Shown here piece after piece: positions 1 through 10,281 of a DNA stretch of 64,000 nucleotides. Location of the stretch: positions 8,448 to 72,447 of the forward strand of contig JAIPDC010000001.1 of the NCBI GenBank assembly GCA_021737865.1. The letters run 5' to 3'. A program made the position numbers and the translations under genes. The notes under the pieces are model-generated. The model did no database searches. It was not told the DNA's origin and saw nothing but the letters and a program-made list of their open reading frames with translations. The number at the start of each line of letters is the position of its first letter. The stretch's first letter is position 1. Source of the DNA: Rhodoferax sp. (GTDB lineage: Bacteria > Pseudomonadota > Gammaproteobacteria > Burkholderiales > Burkholderiaceae_C).

Positions 1-2
1 CA

Positions 3-824
3 CGCAGTCTGCTGCAGGAATCCGCGGTGGCGGTCTCGACACCGGAGATCGACGGCCGGATCGCTGCACACCGACAGAACCTGGACAGCTTGTTGCAGCG
101 CTACACGGAGCAGCATCCCGATGTAGCTGGTGCGCGTCGCCTTATCAGTGAACTGGAAGTGACCCGGCAAAAGCAGATTGTGGAGTTGCGCAGGACAGCA
201 ATGACCAGTCCGCAATCCGTGCAAACAAATTCGCTGGCCTCGCAGGAGCTTAACCGGATGCTGGCAACGCTGGAAGTACAGGTGGCGTCGCTGCGGGCCA
301 GAGTCGGCGAGTACAGCACCCGCCTTGCCCGGGCGCGTGAGTTGATGAAGGTCGCACCCCAGGTCGAGGCCGAGTTGGCCCAGCTCAATCGTGACTACGA
401 CATTAACAAGAAAAACTACAACGATCTAGTGGCACGGCGTGAGTCGGCGGCGCTGTCGGGCGATCTTGAGAGCGCAGCCGGCGTCGCGGATTTTCGTCTG
501 ATCGACCCGCCGCGTGTGTCGCCCAGGCCGGTGGCGCCAAATCGCCTGCTGCTGTTGCCATTGGCTCTGCTGGTTGCGCTTGCGGCTGGTGTGGGTGCAG
601 CGTTGTTCGCCAGCCGCGCGCAGGCGGTTTTCTTCGATGGCAGGTCCTTGCGGGAGACGGTGGGCTTACCCCTGCTGGGGGTGGTGACTCGTGTGCGCAG
701 TGAGGCGAGCGCGTTGAAGGAAAAGGCCGAGTTGCGCAAATACCTCGCCGCGCTGGGCGGCTTGGTGGGGGCGTTTTCAGTAGGAATGTTTGTTTTGGCA
801 CTTTTGCCCGGCTGGACAGGATGA
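3..824 (+). CDS. Polysaccharide chain-length determinant / co-polymerase (Wzc membrane component), XrtA-locus type; 5'-partial
   Basis: Frame is open to the window edge. Contains YTEQHPDV, coiled-coil heptads, FRLIDPP..SPRPVAPNR followed by a TM helix, the GLPLLGVV activation motif and a C-terminal TM. Confidence 0.9.
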   Translation, partial: RSLLQESAVAVSTPEIDGRIAAHRQNLDSLLQRYTEQHPDVAGARRLISELEVTRQKQIVELRRTAMTSPQSVQTNSLASQELNRMLATLEVQVASLRARVGEYSTRLARARELMKVAPQVEAELAQLNRDYDINKKNYNDLVARRESAALSGDLESAAGVADFRLIDPPRVSPRPVAPNRLLLLPLALLVALAAGVGAALFASRAQAVFFDGRSLRETVGLPLLGVVTRVRSEASALKEKAELRKYLAALGGLVGAFSVGMFVLALLPGWTG

Positions 825-830
825 ATCACC

Positions 831-1736
831 ATGAATAACAGCCTGATTGAACTGGCCGCGCGCCGTCTGGAACAACTGCGCCAGGCGGGGGCGGAAATGC
901 CCGTCCCGGTAGCCATTGCGGTCGCGCCACCGGCTCCACCAGACGAAACTGATGCAATACAACAGCACACACAATCACGCCGGGTGGAGCTTGATCTTGA
1001 GAAACTTGCGCTGGCGGGATTTGTGACGCCACGTGCGGGACGCTCGCAGATTGCCGATCAGTTCCGGGTGATTAAACGCCCTCTGATCAACAATGCCATG
1101 GGCCGGGGCGCAGGCACCATAGCCAATAGAAACCTCGTCATGGTGACCAGTGCTCTGCCCGGCGAGGGGAAGACCTTTGCGGCCATTAACCTTGCGATGA
1201 GTATCGCCACCGAACTCGATTGCACGGTCATGCTGGTGGACGCGGACGTGACGCGTCCCTCGATCATGGGTGTTCTCGGTCTCCCTGCGGGCATGGGCTT
1301 GCTCGATCTGGTACAGGATGAGTCGTTGGATTTGTCAGATACGCTGCTGCGAACGAGTGTTGATAAGCTGACCCTGTTGCCCAGCGGAACGTCGCATCCA
1401 CGTGCCACTGAGTTGCTAGCCAGCGATGCGATGGCAAGACTCCTGCACCAGATTGCCCGACGCTATCCGGACCGTATCGTTGTGTTCGACTCGCCCCCCT
1501 TATTGCTGGCTACAGAATCCAGAGTGCTGGCCTCCCACATGGGGCAAATTGTGATGGTGGTGCGCGCCGAGGAGACGCTGCAATCGGATGTCATGCAGGC
1601 GTTGGCCACCATCGAGAACTGCCCGATCAAACTGATGCTGTTGAACCAGGCCAGAGTCGAGCGCAACGCAAGCTATGAGTATGGCTACGCGAGTGACGAA
1701 GGTAATGAGCGCGCATATGTTCAAGCCCTTGCCTGA
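831..1736 (+). CDS. XrtA-associated bacterial tyrosine autokinase (BY-kinase)
   Basis: Walker A VTSALPGEGKT, Walker A' MLVDAD, Walker B VVFDSPP, C-terminal Tyr cluster SYEYGY. Confidence 0.93.
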   Translation: MNNSLIELAARRLEQLRQAGAEMPVPVAIAVAPPAPPDETDAIQQHTQSRRVELDLEKLALAGFVTPRAGRSQIADQFRVIKRPLINNAMGRGAGTIANRNLVMVTSALPGEGKTFAAINLAMSIATELDCTVMLVDADVTRPSIMGVLGLPAGMGLLDLVQDESLDLSDTLLRTSVDKLTLLPSGTSHPRATELLASDAMARLLHQIARRYPDRIVVFDSPPLLLATESRVLASHMGQIVMVVRAEETLQSDVMQALATIENCPIKLMLLNQARVERNASYEYGYASDEGNERAYVQALA

Positions 1737-3219
1737 TTCACTCTATCGTAGCGGCCGCCTGTTGGGCAGGGCGGCTGCGACTATTCTGCTATGCGCCGCG
1801 GTCAGTGTCCAGGCGCAAGACCTGAATGTGGCGGACACGCCAACCCCAGAGATGCTGGGTACCGACGAGCCGGGTGGCCAGTTGCAGGAACCGTATGCGG
1901 GGAGCAGCGATTTCCCAACCCATGGGATCACGGTGGTGCCGCGCCTATCAGTGATGCAGACCTTCACGGACAACGTGAACCAGGCGAGTTCAGGCAAGCA
2001 GTCCGAGCAAGTGACCGAGATCAGTCCGGGCATCCACATTGCAAGCGGCAAGGGGCGTCTCAGAGGCTATTTCGACTATGCGCTGCGCGCGGTCGGGTAT
2101 GGTCAGTCGAGCCGCTCGGACTCCTACCTGAATGCACTTGATACCGTGGGCAAGTTCGAGGCTGTCGACAGGATTCTCTACGTTGACTTCACCGGTGCCA
2201 TCGCGCAGCAGGCCATCACCGCCTTCGGTACACAGTCCGGCGCCGGCGCATATAGCACGACCAACCGGACGGAAGTTTCCAACTACCGCCTCTCGCCCTA
2301 TCTGCAGGGGCGACTGGGCGATCTGGCGAACTACGTAGTGCGTATGGACCGGTTGGTGACGCAAAGCGACTCTGCTAGCGCCCCGGGGACTTTTGCCTCA
2401 CAGAACAGTATCACCATTGACGGCACCCGTGCCGAAAGGACTATTGGCTGGTTGATGGACGTGAGCCGATCCGGTGTGGATTACAGCGGGGGCCGCTACA
2501 CGGAATCCGATTTGAGCGATGTCGGTCTTTCGTATGCGTTCACGCCACAGTTGAGCGTGTTTGCCAAGGCAGGCGTGGAAGCCAACAACTACACCACTGT
2601 GGACAAGCAGTCCCACGCCACCAATGAGGTGGGGCTAAAGTGGAATCCGTCCGAGCGCACGCAGTTGCTGGCTTCGCAGGGGCATCGGTCGTTTGGCGAG
2701 TCTCATGCGGTGAGCATGGAACACAGTACCAACCTGGTTGTGCTCAAGCTTTCCGATGTGCGCGATGTGTCGACCACGCCGGCTCCATTCGTGTCCGCCG
2801 TGAGTGGCTTTGTCTTATCCGCCTTGAGCCTGCAGCGCCGCCAGGACTTGACACTAACCTTGCGCGGAGTCAGAGACACGTTAGCGTTTGCCGTGACCCA
2901 GACGGAAAGCACGCGGGTGGATACCTTGTCAACTGCCCCGGATGACCTGGCCCGAGGAACGGTCCACCAGTCTGGCGCCAGGATTAGCTATTTGCATCGC
3001 CTTACACCGGTTTTTAATTTAGGCTTCATTGCGTCATTGCAGCAGGCCTGGGGTGCGCCGAGTCTGCCAGACAGTTGGCTGCGTGAGTTCAGCATGAACC
3101 TCACGGGGAAGGTTACACGCAAGAGTGCAGTCGCCGTCGGTTTGCGGCATGCGTCCTATACCGGAGCCACACCGTATGAAGAAAACGCTGTCACTTTCAA
3201 CCTGACTGTTGAGTTTTGA
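1717..3219 (+). CDS. PEP-CTERM system-associated outer-membrane beta-barrel protein (TIGR03016-like); start uncertain (1675/1705/1717)
   Basis: Signal peptide ending VQA, TFTDNV and EISPGI motifs, alternating beta-strand pattern, terminal Phe (LTVEF), conserved position after the kinase. Confidence 0.85.
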   Translation: MFKPLPDSLYRSGRLLGRAAATILLCAAVSVQAQDLNVADTPTPEMLGTDEPGGQLQEPYAGSSDFPTHGITVVPRLSVMQTFTDNVNQASSGKQSEQVTEISPGIHIASGKGRLRGYFDYALRAVGYGQSSRSDSYLNALDTVGKFEAVDRILYVDFTGAIAQQAITAFGTQSGAGAYSTTNRTEVSNYRLSPYLQGRLGDLANYVVRMDRLVTQSDSASAPGTFASQNSITIDGTRAERTIGWLMDVSRSGVDYSGGRYTESDLSDVGLSYAFTPQLSVFAKAGVEANNYTTVDKQSHATNEVGLKWNPSERTQLLASQGHRSFGESHAVSMEHSTNLVVLKLSDVRDVSTTPAPFVSAVSGFVLSALSLQRRQDLTLTLRGVRDTLAFAVTQTESTRVDTLSTAPDDLARGTVHQSGARISYLHRLTPVFNLGFIASLQQAWGAPSLPDSWLREFSMNLTGKVTRKSAVAVGLRHASYTGATPYEENAVTFNLTVEF

Positions 3220-3222
3220 TCT

Positions 3223-4275
3223 ATGTATGAAGCGTTTTATGGCTTGCGCAGCAAGCCGTTCCAGCTTAACCCAGACCCAGATTTTTACTTTGGCAGCAAG
3301 CAACATCGTCGCGCCCGGGCCTATCTCGAATACGGTGTGCATCGCAACGAAGGTTTCATTGTGATCACGGGCGAGGTCGGTGCAGGCAAGACCACCATCG
3401 TGCGCGGATTGCTGGCCAGTCTGGACGCGAGCAAGGTTGTGGCGGCCCACCTGGTCACCACCCAATTGGATGCGGAAGATACGTTGCGTATGGTGGGTTC
3501 AGCCTTCGGTGTGCGCGTCAAGGACGTACTCAAGGCGGATATTCTGATGGCCTTAGAAGCCTATCTTGTCAACCAGACAAGCCAGGGAAGGCGTTGCCTT
3601 CTGATCGTGGACGAAGCGCAAAATCTGACACAGCGCGCTGTCGAGGAGCTTCGCATGCTGTCAAATTTTCAGTATGGCCAGCAGGCGCTCTTGCAGACGT
3701 TTTTGGTGGGTCAGCCCGAATTCCGCGCGATTCTGCAGAGCCCTGCCATGCAGCAGTTGCGCCAGCGAGTGACCGCCGCCTGCCATATTGGACCATTGGA
3801 TGCGCAAGAGACGCAAGCCTATATCGAGCATCGACTCAACCACGCTGGTGGTAGCGGCCGTCCGACCTTTGAATCGGGTGCACACGAGGCCATTTTCAAA
3901 GCCTCAGGGGGAATACCCAGGCGCATCAATTTGTTGTGCGACCGTTTGCTTCTGTTGGGATTTCTGGGTAGCAAGGAGGTACTTTGCGTGGCCGATGTCG
4001 ATGAGGTGGTGGCCGAAATCAACGACGAATCGGGTTCCGCCAGCGCAGCGCCGAGTGGTACTACCCGGGCACCGACACCCGCGCAGTTGGAACCAGGGAC
4101 CACCTGGCAAGGGATGTCGCGCCAGATCCAGAACCTCGGGGCAGAGCAGTACGACGCACGGATGCGCCGGTTGGAAAACAGCTTGCTGCGCCTTGAGCGT
4201 ATTAATCTGGAAATTCTGGCCATGCTGCAAAAGGTGGTGGTCAATGTCAATGTCAGTGCCGAGGGTCGTCCATGA
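3223..4275 (+). CDS. XrtA/PEP-CTERM system-associated AAA ATPase (ExeA/GspA-like)
   Basis: MYEAFYGL..KPF N-terminus, Walker A GEVGAGKT, Walker B LIVDEAQ, LVGQPE, GGIPRRIN. Confidence 0.93.
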   Translation: MYEAFYGLRSKPFQLNPDPDFYFGSKQHRRARAYLEYGVHRNEGFIVITGEVGAGKTTIVRGLLASLDASKVVAAHLVTTQLDAEDTLRMVGSAFGVRVKDVLKADILMALEAYLVNQTSQGRRCLLIVDEAQNLTQRAVEELRMLSNFQYGQQALLQTFLVGQPEFRAILQSPAMQQLRQRVTAACHIGPLDAQETQAYIEHRLNHAGGSGRPTFESGAHEAIFKASGGIPRRINLLCDRLLLLGFLGSKEVLCVADVDEVVAEINDESGSASAAPSGTTRAPTPAQLEPGTTWQGMSRQIQNLGAEQYDARMRRLENSLLRLERINLEILAMLQKVVVNVNVSAEGRP

Positions 4276-5396
4276 ACCCGGTCATGTGCGTCGTGGGCGC
4301 GCGCCCCAACTTCATCAAGATGGCACCCATTTTGCGGGCTATGGCGGCACACCAGCCCCCTGTTCCCGAGGTGTTGGTGCACACCGGCCAGCATTACGGC
4401 AGCGCGATGAGTGAGCGTTTGTTCACGGCGCTTGGTTTACCGCGTCCGGATGAGAACCTGGAGGTTGGCTCAGGCAACCACGCGGTACAGACGGCAGAAG
4501 TGATGCGCCGATTTGACCCGCTGGTGGAAACCTACCAACCGGCTTGCGTGCTGGTGGTGGGAGATGTCAATTCCACACTGGCCTGTTCTCTGGTGGCGAG
4601 CAAGAGAGGTGTCCCAGTCGTGCATGTGGAAAGCGGGTTGCGCAGCTGCGACCGCAGCATGCCGGAGGAGATCAACCGTATCCTTACCGACCAGATATCG
4701 GATCGTCTCTACACCACCGAGCGCAGCGCGGAGATCAACCTGCGCCGCGAGGGCATTGCGCAAGACCGTATCGTGTTTGCCGGAAACGTGATGATCGATT
4801 CGGTTGTCTTTGGCCGCGCGAGTGCACGCAGTGCGCAGGCCACGCTCCAGCAATTCCATGCTAATGTGAACCTGTTGGACGAACCACCAGGCTACGGGGT
4901 GGTCACCCTGCATCGCCCCTCTAATGTTGATGAACCGCAAACTTTGCGCGCCCTGCTGGGTGTGTTGGCCGAGGTTGCGCAACGCCTTCCACTGGTGTTT
5001 GCCATGCACCCGCGTACGCGGGCCAGCATAGAGCGTTTTGGCTTGGCTGATGTGCTCGACTCCCCGCGCGTGGTTCTGTTGCCACCACAGGACTACCTGG
5101 AGATGCTGGGTCTCATGGCGCAGGCACGTGTGGTGCTGACCGACTCGGGTGGACTGCAAGAGGAAACCACAGCGCTGGGCGTTCCCTGCCTGACCCTGCG
5201 CGACAACACCGAGCGACCCATCACGGTGCTGGAAGGTACCAATACGCTGGTTGGAACGGATCGCGATGCGATCCTGGGCGCCGTGCAGGATGTGTTGCAG
5301 GGGCGCGGCAAGCAGGGGCGCATTCCAGAGTGTTGGGATGGGCATGCTGCACAGCGCATCGTGTCGGATCTCTACCAATGGTTGCAGTCCCGCTAG
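4272..5396 (+). CDS. wecB: UDP-N-acetylglucosamine 2-epimerase (non-hydrolysing)
   Basis: GARPNFIK, HTGQHY, HVESGLRS, PEEINR, TLHRPSNVD, TDSGGLQEE, TERP, WDG.AA.RI. Confidence 0.93.
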   Translation: MNPVMCVVGARPNFIKMAPILRAMAAHQPPVPEVLVHTGQHYGSAMSERLFTALGLPRPDENLEVGSGNHAVQTAEVMRRFDPLVETYQPACVLVVGDVNSTLACSLVASKRGVPVVHVESGLRSCDRSMPEEINRILTDQISDRLYTTERSAEINLRREGIAQDRIVFAGNVMIDSVVFGRASARSAQATLQQFHANVNLLDEPPGYGVVTLHRPSNVDEPQTLRALLGVLAEVAQRLPLVFAMHPRTRASIERFGLADVLDSPRVVLLPPQDYLEMLGLMAQARVVLTDSGGLQEETTALGVPCLTLRDNTERPITVLEGTNTLVGTDRDAILGAVQDVLQGRGKQGRIPECWDGHAAQRIVSDLYQWLQSR

Positions 5397-5407
5397 CGGT
5401 ACCGAAC

Positions 5408-6271
5408 ATGCCAATCTCCACCATTACCAATGCACTCACGGTCGATGTGGAAGACTACTTTCAGGTCTCCGCGTTTGCACCCTACATTGATCGTTCGGAG
5501 TGGAGCACGCGGGAGTGTCACGTGGAGCGCAACATCGGCCGCATTCTTGAGTTGCTGGACTCGCGGGATGTAAAGGCCACGTTTTTCACACTCGGATGGA
5601 TTGCCGAACGCTACCCAAGCATGGTGCGGGGCATCGTGCAACAGGGCCACGAATTGGCCAGTCATGGCTATGGCCATGAACGCGCCAGCGGGCAGTCACC
5701 GGAGGCATTCTTCAGCGACATCCAGTTGGCCAAAGTCATTCTGGAAGATCTCAGCGGCAGTGCCGTTTATGGCTACCGTGCACCGAGCTTCTCCATCGAC
5801 GAAGATAACCCGTGGGCCTTTGACGCGCTGGCGCGCGCGGGCTACCGCTACAGCTCCAGTATCTACCCCATCGAACACGACCATTACGGTATGCCCAACG
5901 CACCGCGGTTCGCCTTTGAGGCGCGCCCGGGTTTGTTGGAAATACCCATTACCACCTTGCGCCTGTTCGGCCGCAATTTTCCGTCAAGCGGAGGCGGCTA
6001 CTTCCGATTGCTTCCGTATGCGCTGTCGCGCTGGATGCTGGGGCGGGTGAACGCCGTCGACAGTGAGGCCTGCGTTTTCTATTTCCATCCATGGGAAATT
6101 GACTGCGAGCAGCCGCGGGTGGCCGGCATCAACCATAAAACGCGTTTTCGGCACTACGTCAACATCTGGCGCATGGAGGGCCGTCTGAAGCAGTTGCTCA
6201 ATGATTTCAACTGGGGTCGCATGGATCAACTTTTTTTGAAAGAACTTAATGTCCATGGACGCCCCAACTGA
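5408..6271 (+). CDS. XrtA-system polysaccharide deacetylase (CE4)
   Basis: TVDVEDYFQV, ATFF, HELASHGYGH, GYRAPSFS, GGGYFR, YFHPWEID. ATG at 5408 chosen over the overlapping 5330 start. Confidence 0.92.
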   Translation: MPISTITNALTVDVEDYFQVSAFAPYIDRSEWSTRECHVERNIGRILELLDSRDVKATFFTLGWIAERYPSMVRGIVQQGHELASHGYGHERASGQSPEAFFSDIQLAKVILEDLSGSAVYGYRAPSFSIDEDNPWAFDALARAGYRYSSSIYPIEHDHYGMPNAPRFAFEARPGLLEIPITTLRLFGRNFPSSGGGYFRLLPYALSRWMLGRVNAVDSEACVFYFHPWEIDCEQPRVAGINHKTRFRHYVNIWRMEGRLKQLLNDFNWGRMDQLFLKELNVHGRPN

Positions 6272-7316
6272 AGTACCAACTGCTGTCATTGGGCGTTTGC
6301 ACCAAGATGATCGGGCAACAGCCGCCGCATGGGACGCCTTTGTGCTGGCCAACGCGCAAGCTACGTTTTTCCATCGCGCAGGATGGCAGACCATTGTGCG
6401 TAATGTGTTCAAGCACAATACCTACTTCCTTTATGCACAGTCCGGCGATCGCATCGTCGGCGTGCTGCCACTGGCCCATGTTAAGACTTGGCTGTTTGGC
6501 AATGCACTGGTGAGCCTGCCCTTCGCGGTGTATGGCGGCGTTGTGGCCAGCGATGCCCAGGCGGCCGTTGCCTTGGAGCGCGAGGCGCAGGCCATTGCAC
6601 AACGCCTCCAGGTTGCGCACCTTGAATTGCGCAATGTGCGTCCCATGCACCCCGACTGGCCCGCTCAGGACATTTATGTCACGTTTCGCAAGGAGTTGGG
6701 TCCCGACGATGAAGCCAATATGCAGGCCATTCCGCGCAAGCAGCGGGCCATGGTGCGCAAGGGCGCAAAAAATGGTCTGAGAAGCATGATCGATGGCGGT
6801 GTGGACCGCTTCTATGCGCTGTACGCCGATAACATGCGCCGCCATGGAACACCCGCATTGCCGCGCCGGTACTTTCAGGCGCTGATGGCCGAGTTTGGCG
6901 CTGACTGTGAAGTCCTCACTGTGGAGAGTGATCAGGGAATTGCACTAAGCGCCGTGCTCAGTTTCTACTTTCGAAATGAGGTTTTACCCTATTACGCCGG
7001 TGACGATGCGGCAGCACGATCGCTGGCCGCTAATGACTTTAAATATTGGGAGTTGATGCGCCGCGCCCGCGCGCGGGGTGCGACGGTGTTTGACTATGGC
7101 CGAAGCAAGCAGGGCAGCGGCTCGTATGCGTTCAAGAAGAACTGGGGGTTTGAGCCCAGCCGGTTGTACTACGAATACCAGTTGTACAAGCGTTCAGCCA
7201 TTCCGCAACACAATCCGAACAATGCCAGCTTCAAACCGCTGATCTCCGTCTGGCGGCGCTTGCCTCTGGAGTTTGTGAACTGGCTGGGACCCCATATCGT
7301 GCGGGGCTTGGGATGA
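6249..7316 (+). CDS. FemAB-family XrtA/PEP-CTERM system-associated protein (GNAT fold)
   Basis: WDAFV, ATFFH, SLPFAVYGG, IPRKQRAMVRK, FDYGRSK, FKKNWGFEP. Confidence 0.9.
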   Translation: MSMDAPTEVPTAVIGRLHQDDRATAAAWDAFVLANAQATFFHRAGWQTIVRNVFKHNTYFLYAQSGDRIVGVLPLAHVKTWLFGNALVSLPFAVYGGVVASDAQAAVALEREAQAIAQRLQVAHLELRNVRPMHPDWPAQDIYVTFRKELGPDDEANMQAIPRKQRAMVRKGAKNGLRSMIDGGVDRFYALYADNMRRHGTPALPRRYFQALMAEFGADCEVLTVESDQGIALSAVLSFYFRNEVLPYYAGDDAAARSLAANDFKYWELMRRARARGATVFDYGRSKQGSGSYAFKKNWGFEPSRLYYEYQLYKRSAIPQHNPNNASFKPLISVWRRLPLEFVNWLGPHIVRGLG

Positions 7317-9004
7317 GCGCCGTTTCCCTTACCTTGCCGTTGACCTTCGCCATGCATTGGCGCCACGCCGGCCTGGCGCTGTTGCTGTCCGTTGCGTGGG
7401 TGTTGGTTTGGTACCGCGAGACAGCAGCCTCGATGGTTTTGATCTGGCAACGCTCGGACACGTTCGCACACGGCTTTTTGGTGCCGCCGATTGTGGCCTG
7501 GCTGATATGGCGACAGAGGCGGGCCATCGCGCGTGTGGTGCCACAGCCTTCGATAGCGTTGCTTCCTGTGCTTGCCTGTGTTGCGCTGGTGTGGCTATTG
7601 GGTGAGTTGGCAGCCGCCAATACGCTGACCCAGACTGCGCTGGTGGGGCTTTTGGTGCTGTCGGTGCCGGTCGTGGTGGGCTGGTCGGTGGCCCGTTACA
7701 TGGTGTTTCCGTTGGGCTTCCTGTTTTTCGCAGTGCCCATGGGCGAGTTCTTATTGCCGCAGTTGATGGAATGGACCGCCAATTTCACGGTCTTCGCCCT
7801 GCGAATCAGCGGCGTACCTGTTTACCGCGAGGGGCTCAACTTTGTCATTCCGTCGGGACCGTGGTCAGTGGTTGAGGCCTGCAGCGGTGTGCGCTATCTG
7901 ATTGCCTCCCTTACCGTGGGCACGCTGTTTGCGTACCTCAACTACCAGTCTACACGCCGACGTCTGCTCTTTGTAGCGGCATCCATCGTGGTACCAGTTG
8001 TCGCCAACTGGGTGCGGGCCTACATGATCGTCATGTTGGGCCATCTCTCCAACAACCGCCTGGCCACGGGTGTAGACCACCTGTTGTACGGCTGGCTGTT
8101 TTTTGGCGTCGTGATTGTCTTGATGTTTTTGGTCGGTGCACGATGGGCGCAACCGGAACACAACGAAAGTGTTGGCATGCCAGAGTTGTCCGCTGCGCCG
8201 GGGGGTGGGGCAGCCACCGCGCCGGTGGCTGCCATTTGGCTGGCCACACTGGGAATGGCTCTCATCACTGCGTGTGCGCAACTGGCGCTGTGGACGATGG
8301 AACGCAATGCGGGGGGTGACGCAAGCGCTAGCGTCATGGAGCGGGGGGGCGCATTGTCTCGGGTGTTGCCGGCGCCCACCGCGCTAGGACCCGGCTGGTC
8401 AGTGTCCGCGTGGGATGCCGGTTCGGGTTTGCCACATTTCAAGCCGGCGTACCAGAATCCGTCTCTGAGTATGCATGCGGCCTATGCCAGCGCCGGAAAG
8501 TCGGTGGGGCTGTACCTGGGGATCTACCGGCAGCAGGGCCGCGGCCATGCACTGGTCAGCTCGGACAATGTGCTGGTACAGAGCAAAGATGCGCATTGGG
8601 CGGTGGTGGCGCGAAGCAGCAAAAGCGTCCTTGCGGGGGGGCAGCCCATTATGGTCCACGGTAGTCAACTGCGGCGCGCCGACTTGAATGATTCTTTGGC
8701 ACGCGGCGCATTGCGGGTATGGCAGGTCAACTGGGTGAACGGTAGCCTAACCCACAGTGACCATCTGGCCAAGGCCATCGGAGCGTTCTATCGACTGATC
8801 GGGCGTAGCGATGATGCGGCCGTCATAGTGATCTACACGCCTGAAGGCATTGCAGGGCAAGGTGATGCCGCACTGGCGTCATTTTTGGCAGACAACTACG
8901 CGGCCATCAACGCCTTGCTGATGCGCAACGTCCACACCGGTGAGGGGCGCAGCAACACATCCTCCGGTGCACACCCAGTCAACGCCAGGGAGGTCTTGTT
9001 ATGA
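7313..9004 (+). CDS. xrtA: Exosortase A with C-terminal EpsI-like periplasmic domain
   Basis: Multi-pass membrane protein with catalytic Cys (VVEACSGVRYL), Arg (ANWVRA) and His (DHLLYGW), followed by a soluble EpsI-like domain. Confidence 0.95.
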   Translation: MSAVSLTLPLTFAMHWRHAGLALLLSVAWVLVWYRETAASMVLIWQRSDTFAHGFLVPPIVAWLIWRQRRAIARVVPQPSIALLPVLACVALVWLLGELAAANTLTQTALVGLLVLSVPVVVGWSVARYMVFPLGFLFFAVPMGEFLLPQLMEWTANFTVFALRISGVPVYREGLNFVIPSGPWSVVEACSGVRYLIASLTVGTLFAYLNYQSTRRRLLFVAASIVVPVVANWVRAYMIVMLGHLSNNRLATGVDHLLYGWLFFGVVIVLMFLVGARWAQPEHNESVGMPELSAAPGGGAATAPVAAIWLATLGMALITACAQLALWTMERNAGGDASASVMERGGALSRVLPAPTALGPGWSVSAWDAGSGLPHFKPAYQNPSLSMHAAYASAGKSVGLYLGIYRQQGRGHALVSSDNVLVQSKDAHWAVVARSSKSVLAGGQPIMVHGSQLRRADLNDSLARGALRVWQVNWVNGSLTHSDHLAKAIGAFYRLIGRSDDAAVIVIYTPEGIAGQGDAALASFLADNYAAINALLMRNVHTGEGRSNTSSGAHPVNAREVLL

Positions 9005-10281
9005 CGGTCGTCGCGGTAATAGGCTTGGGCTACGTGGGCTTGCCCCTCGTGGTGGAGTTTGGCAAGTTCTTTCGCACCATCGGGTATGACAATGCGCCTG
9101 CCAAGGTGCAATCCTGCCTGCTCGGCACGGATCCATCGCGCGAACTCTCTGAAGCGGAAATGGGCGCCTCGACCCACGCCGAGTACACAAGTGACCCTGC
9201 GCTCCTGCGCGAGGCAGACATCATTGTGGTGGCGGTGCCGACGCCGGTGGACAGCGCGCATATTCCTGACTTTGGACCCCTGATTGGGGCCAGCACCACG
9301 GCGGGTCGCCACATGAAGAAGGGCGCCACGGTGGTCTTCGAGTCCACGGTCTACCCGGGTGCCACCGAGGAGGTGTGCATTCCCGTGCTGGAGCGCGAGT
9401 CTGCAATGCGGTGGAAGGACGGGTTCTTTGTCGGCTACTCACCCGAGCGCATCAACCCGGGCGACAAGGAACATACGCTGACCAAGATCTTGAAGATCGT
9501 ATCGGGCGACACGCCCGCCACCCTGGATACCGTGGCACGGTTGTATGAGGCCATCATTGTTCCTGGTGTCCACCGTGCGTCGAGCATCAAGGCGGCAGAG
9601 GCGGCGAAAGTCATCGAGAACACCCAACGGGATCTGAACATATCGCTGATGAACGAGCTGTCGATCATTTTCGACAAGCTCGGACTTGACACCACCGAGG
9701 TGCTGGAGGCGGCAGGAACCAAGTGGAACTTCCTGGCCTTCAAGCCCGGCCTGGTCGGGGGGCACTGCATCGGTGTGGATCCCTACTACCTGACCCACAA
9801 GGCCGAGATGCTGGGCTACAACCCGCAGGTGATTCTGGCAGGCAGGCGCATCAACGACGGAATGGGAAAGTTCATCGCCGAGCAGACCGTCAAGCAGATG
9901 ATTGCCGCAGGGAGTTACATCAAGGGCGCCAAGGTGAACGTGATGGGCCTGACATTCAAGGAAAACTGCGGGGATCTGCGTAACTCCAAGGTGGTTGACA
10001 TCATCAGCGAGCTCAAGTCTTACGGAGTGGAGGTGTTTGTGACTGACCCCCGCGCTGAATCCAGTGAGGCGATGCAGGAATACGGCGTGGCGTTGATGCC
10101 CTGGTCAGATTTGCCGCGGGCCGATGCCATCGTGGCGGCGGTGGCGCACCGGGAATACACCAGCATGACGGTGGAGGATATCAGTCGAAAACTGGTCCGC
10201 GGGGGCGCGTTCATCGATGTCAAATCGGCCTTTGATCGCGGTGCAATTGTCGATGCAGGCTACAAACTATGGCGGCTGTAG
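9001..10281 (+). CDS. UDP-HexNAc 6-dehydrogenase (TviB/WbpO/WecC-like)
   Basis: GLGYVGLP, VFESTVYPGATEE, YSPERINPGD, KVIENTQRD, GLVGGHCIGVDPYYL, GLTFKENC.DLRNS. Confidence 0.93.
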   Translation: MTVVAVIGLGYVGLPLVVEFGKFFRTIGYDNAPAKVQSCLLGTDPSRELSEAEMGASTHAEYTSDPALLREADIIVVAVPTPVDSAHIPDFGPLIGASTTAGRHMKKGATVVFESTVYPGATEEVCIPVLERESAMRWKDGFFVGYSPERINPGDKEHTLTKILKIVSGDTPATLDTVARLYEAIIVPGVHRASSIKAAEAAKVIENTQRDLNISLMNELSIIFDKLGLDTTEVLEAAGTKWNFLAFKPGLVGGHCIGVDPYYLTHKAEMLGYNPQVILAGRRINDGMGKFIAEQTVKQMIAAGSYIKGAKVNVMGLTFKENCGDLRNSKVVDIISELKSYGVEVFVTDPRAESSEAMQEYGVALMPWSDLPRADAIVAAVAHREYTSMTVEDISRKLVRGGAFIDVKSAFDRGAIVDAGYKLWRL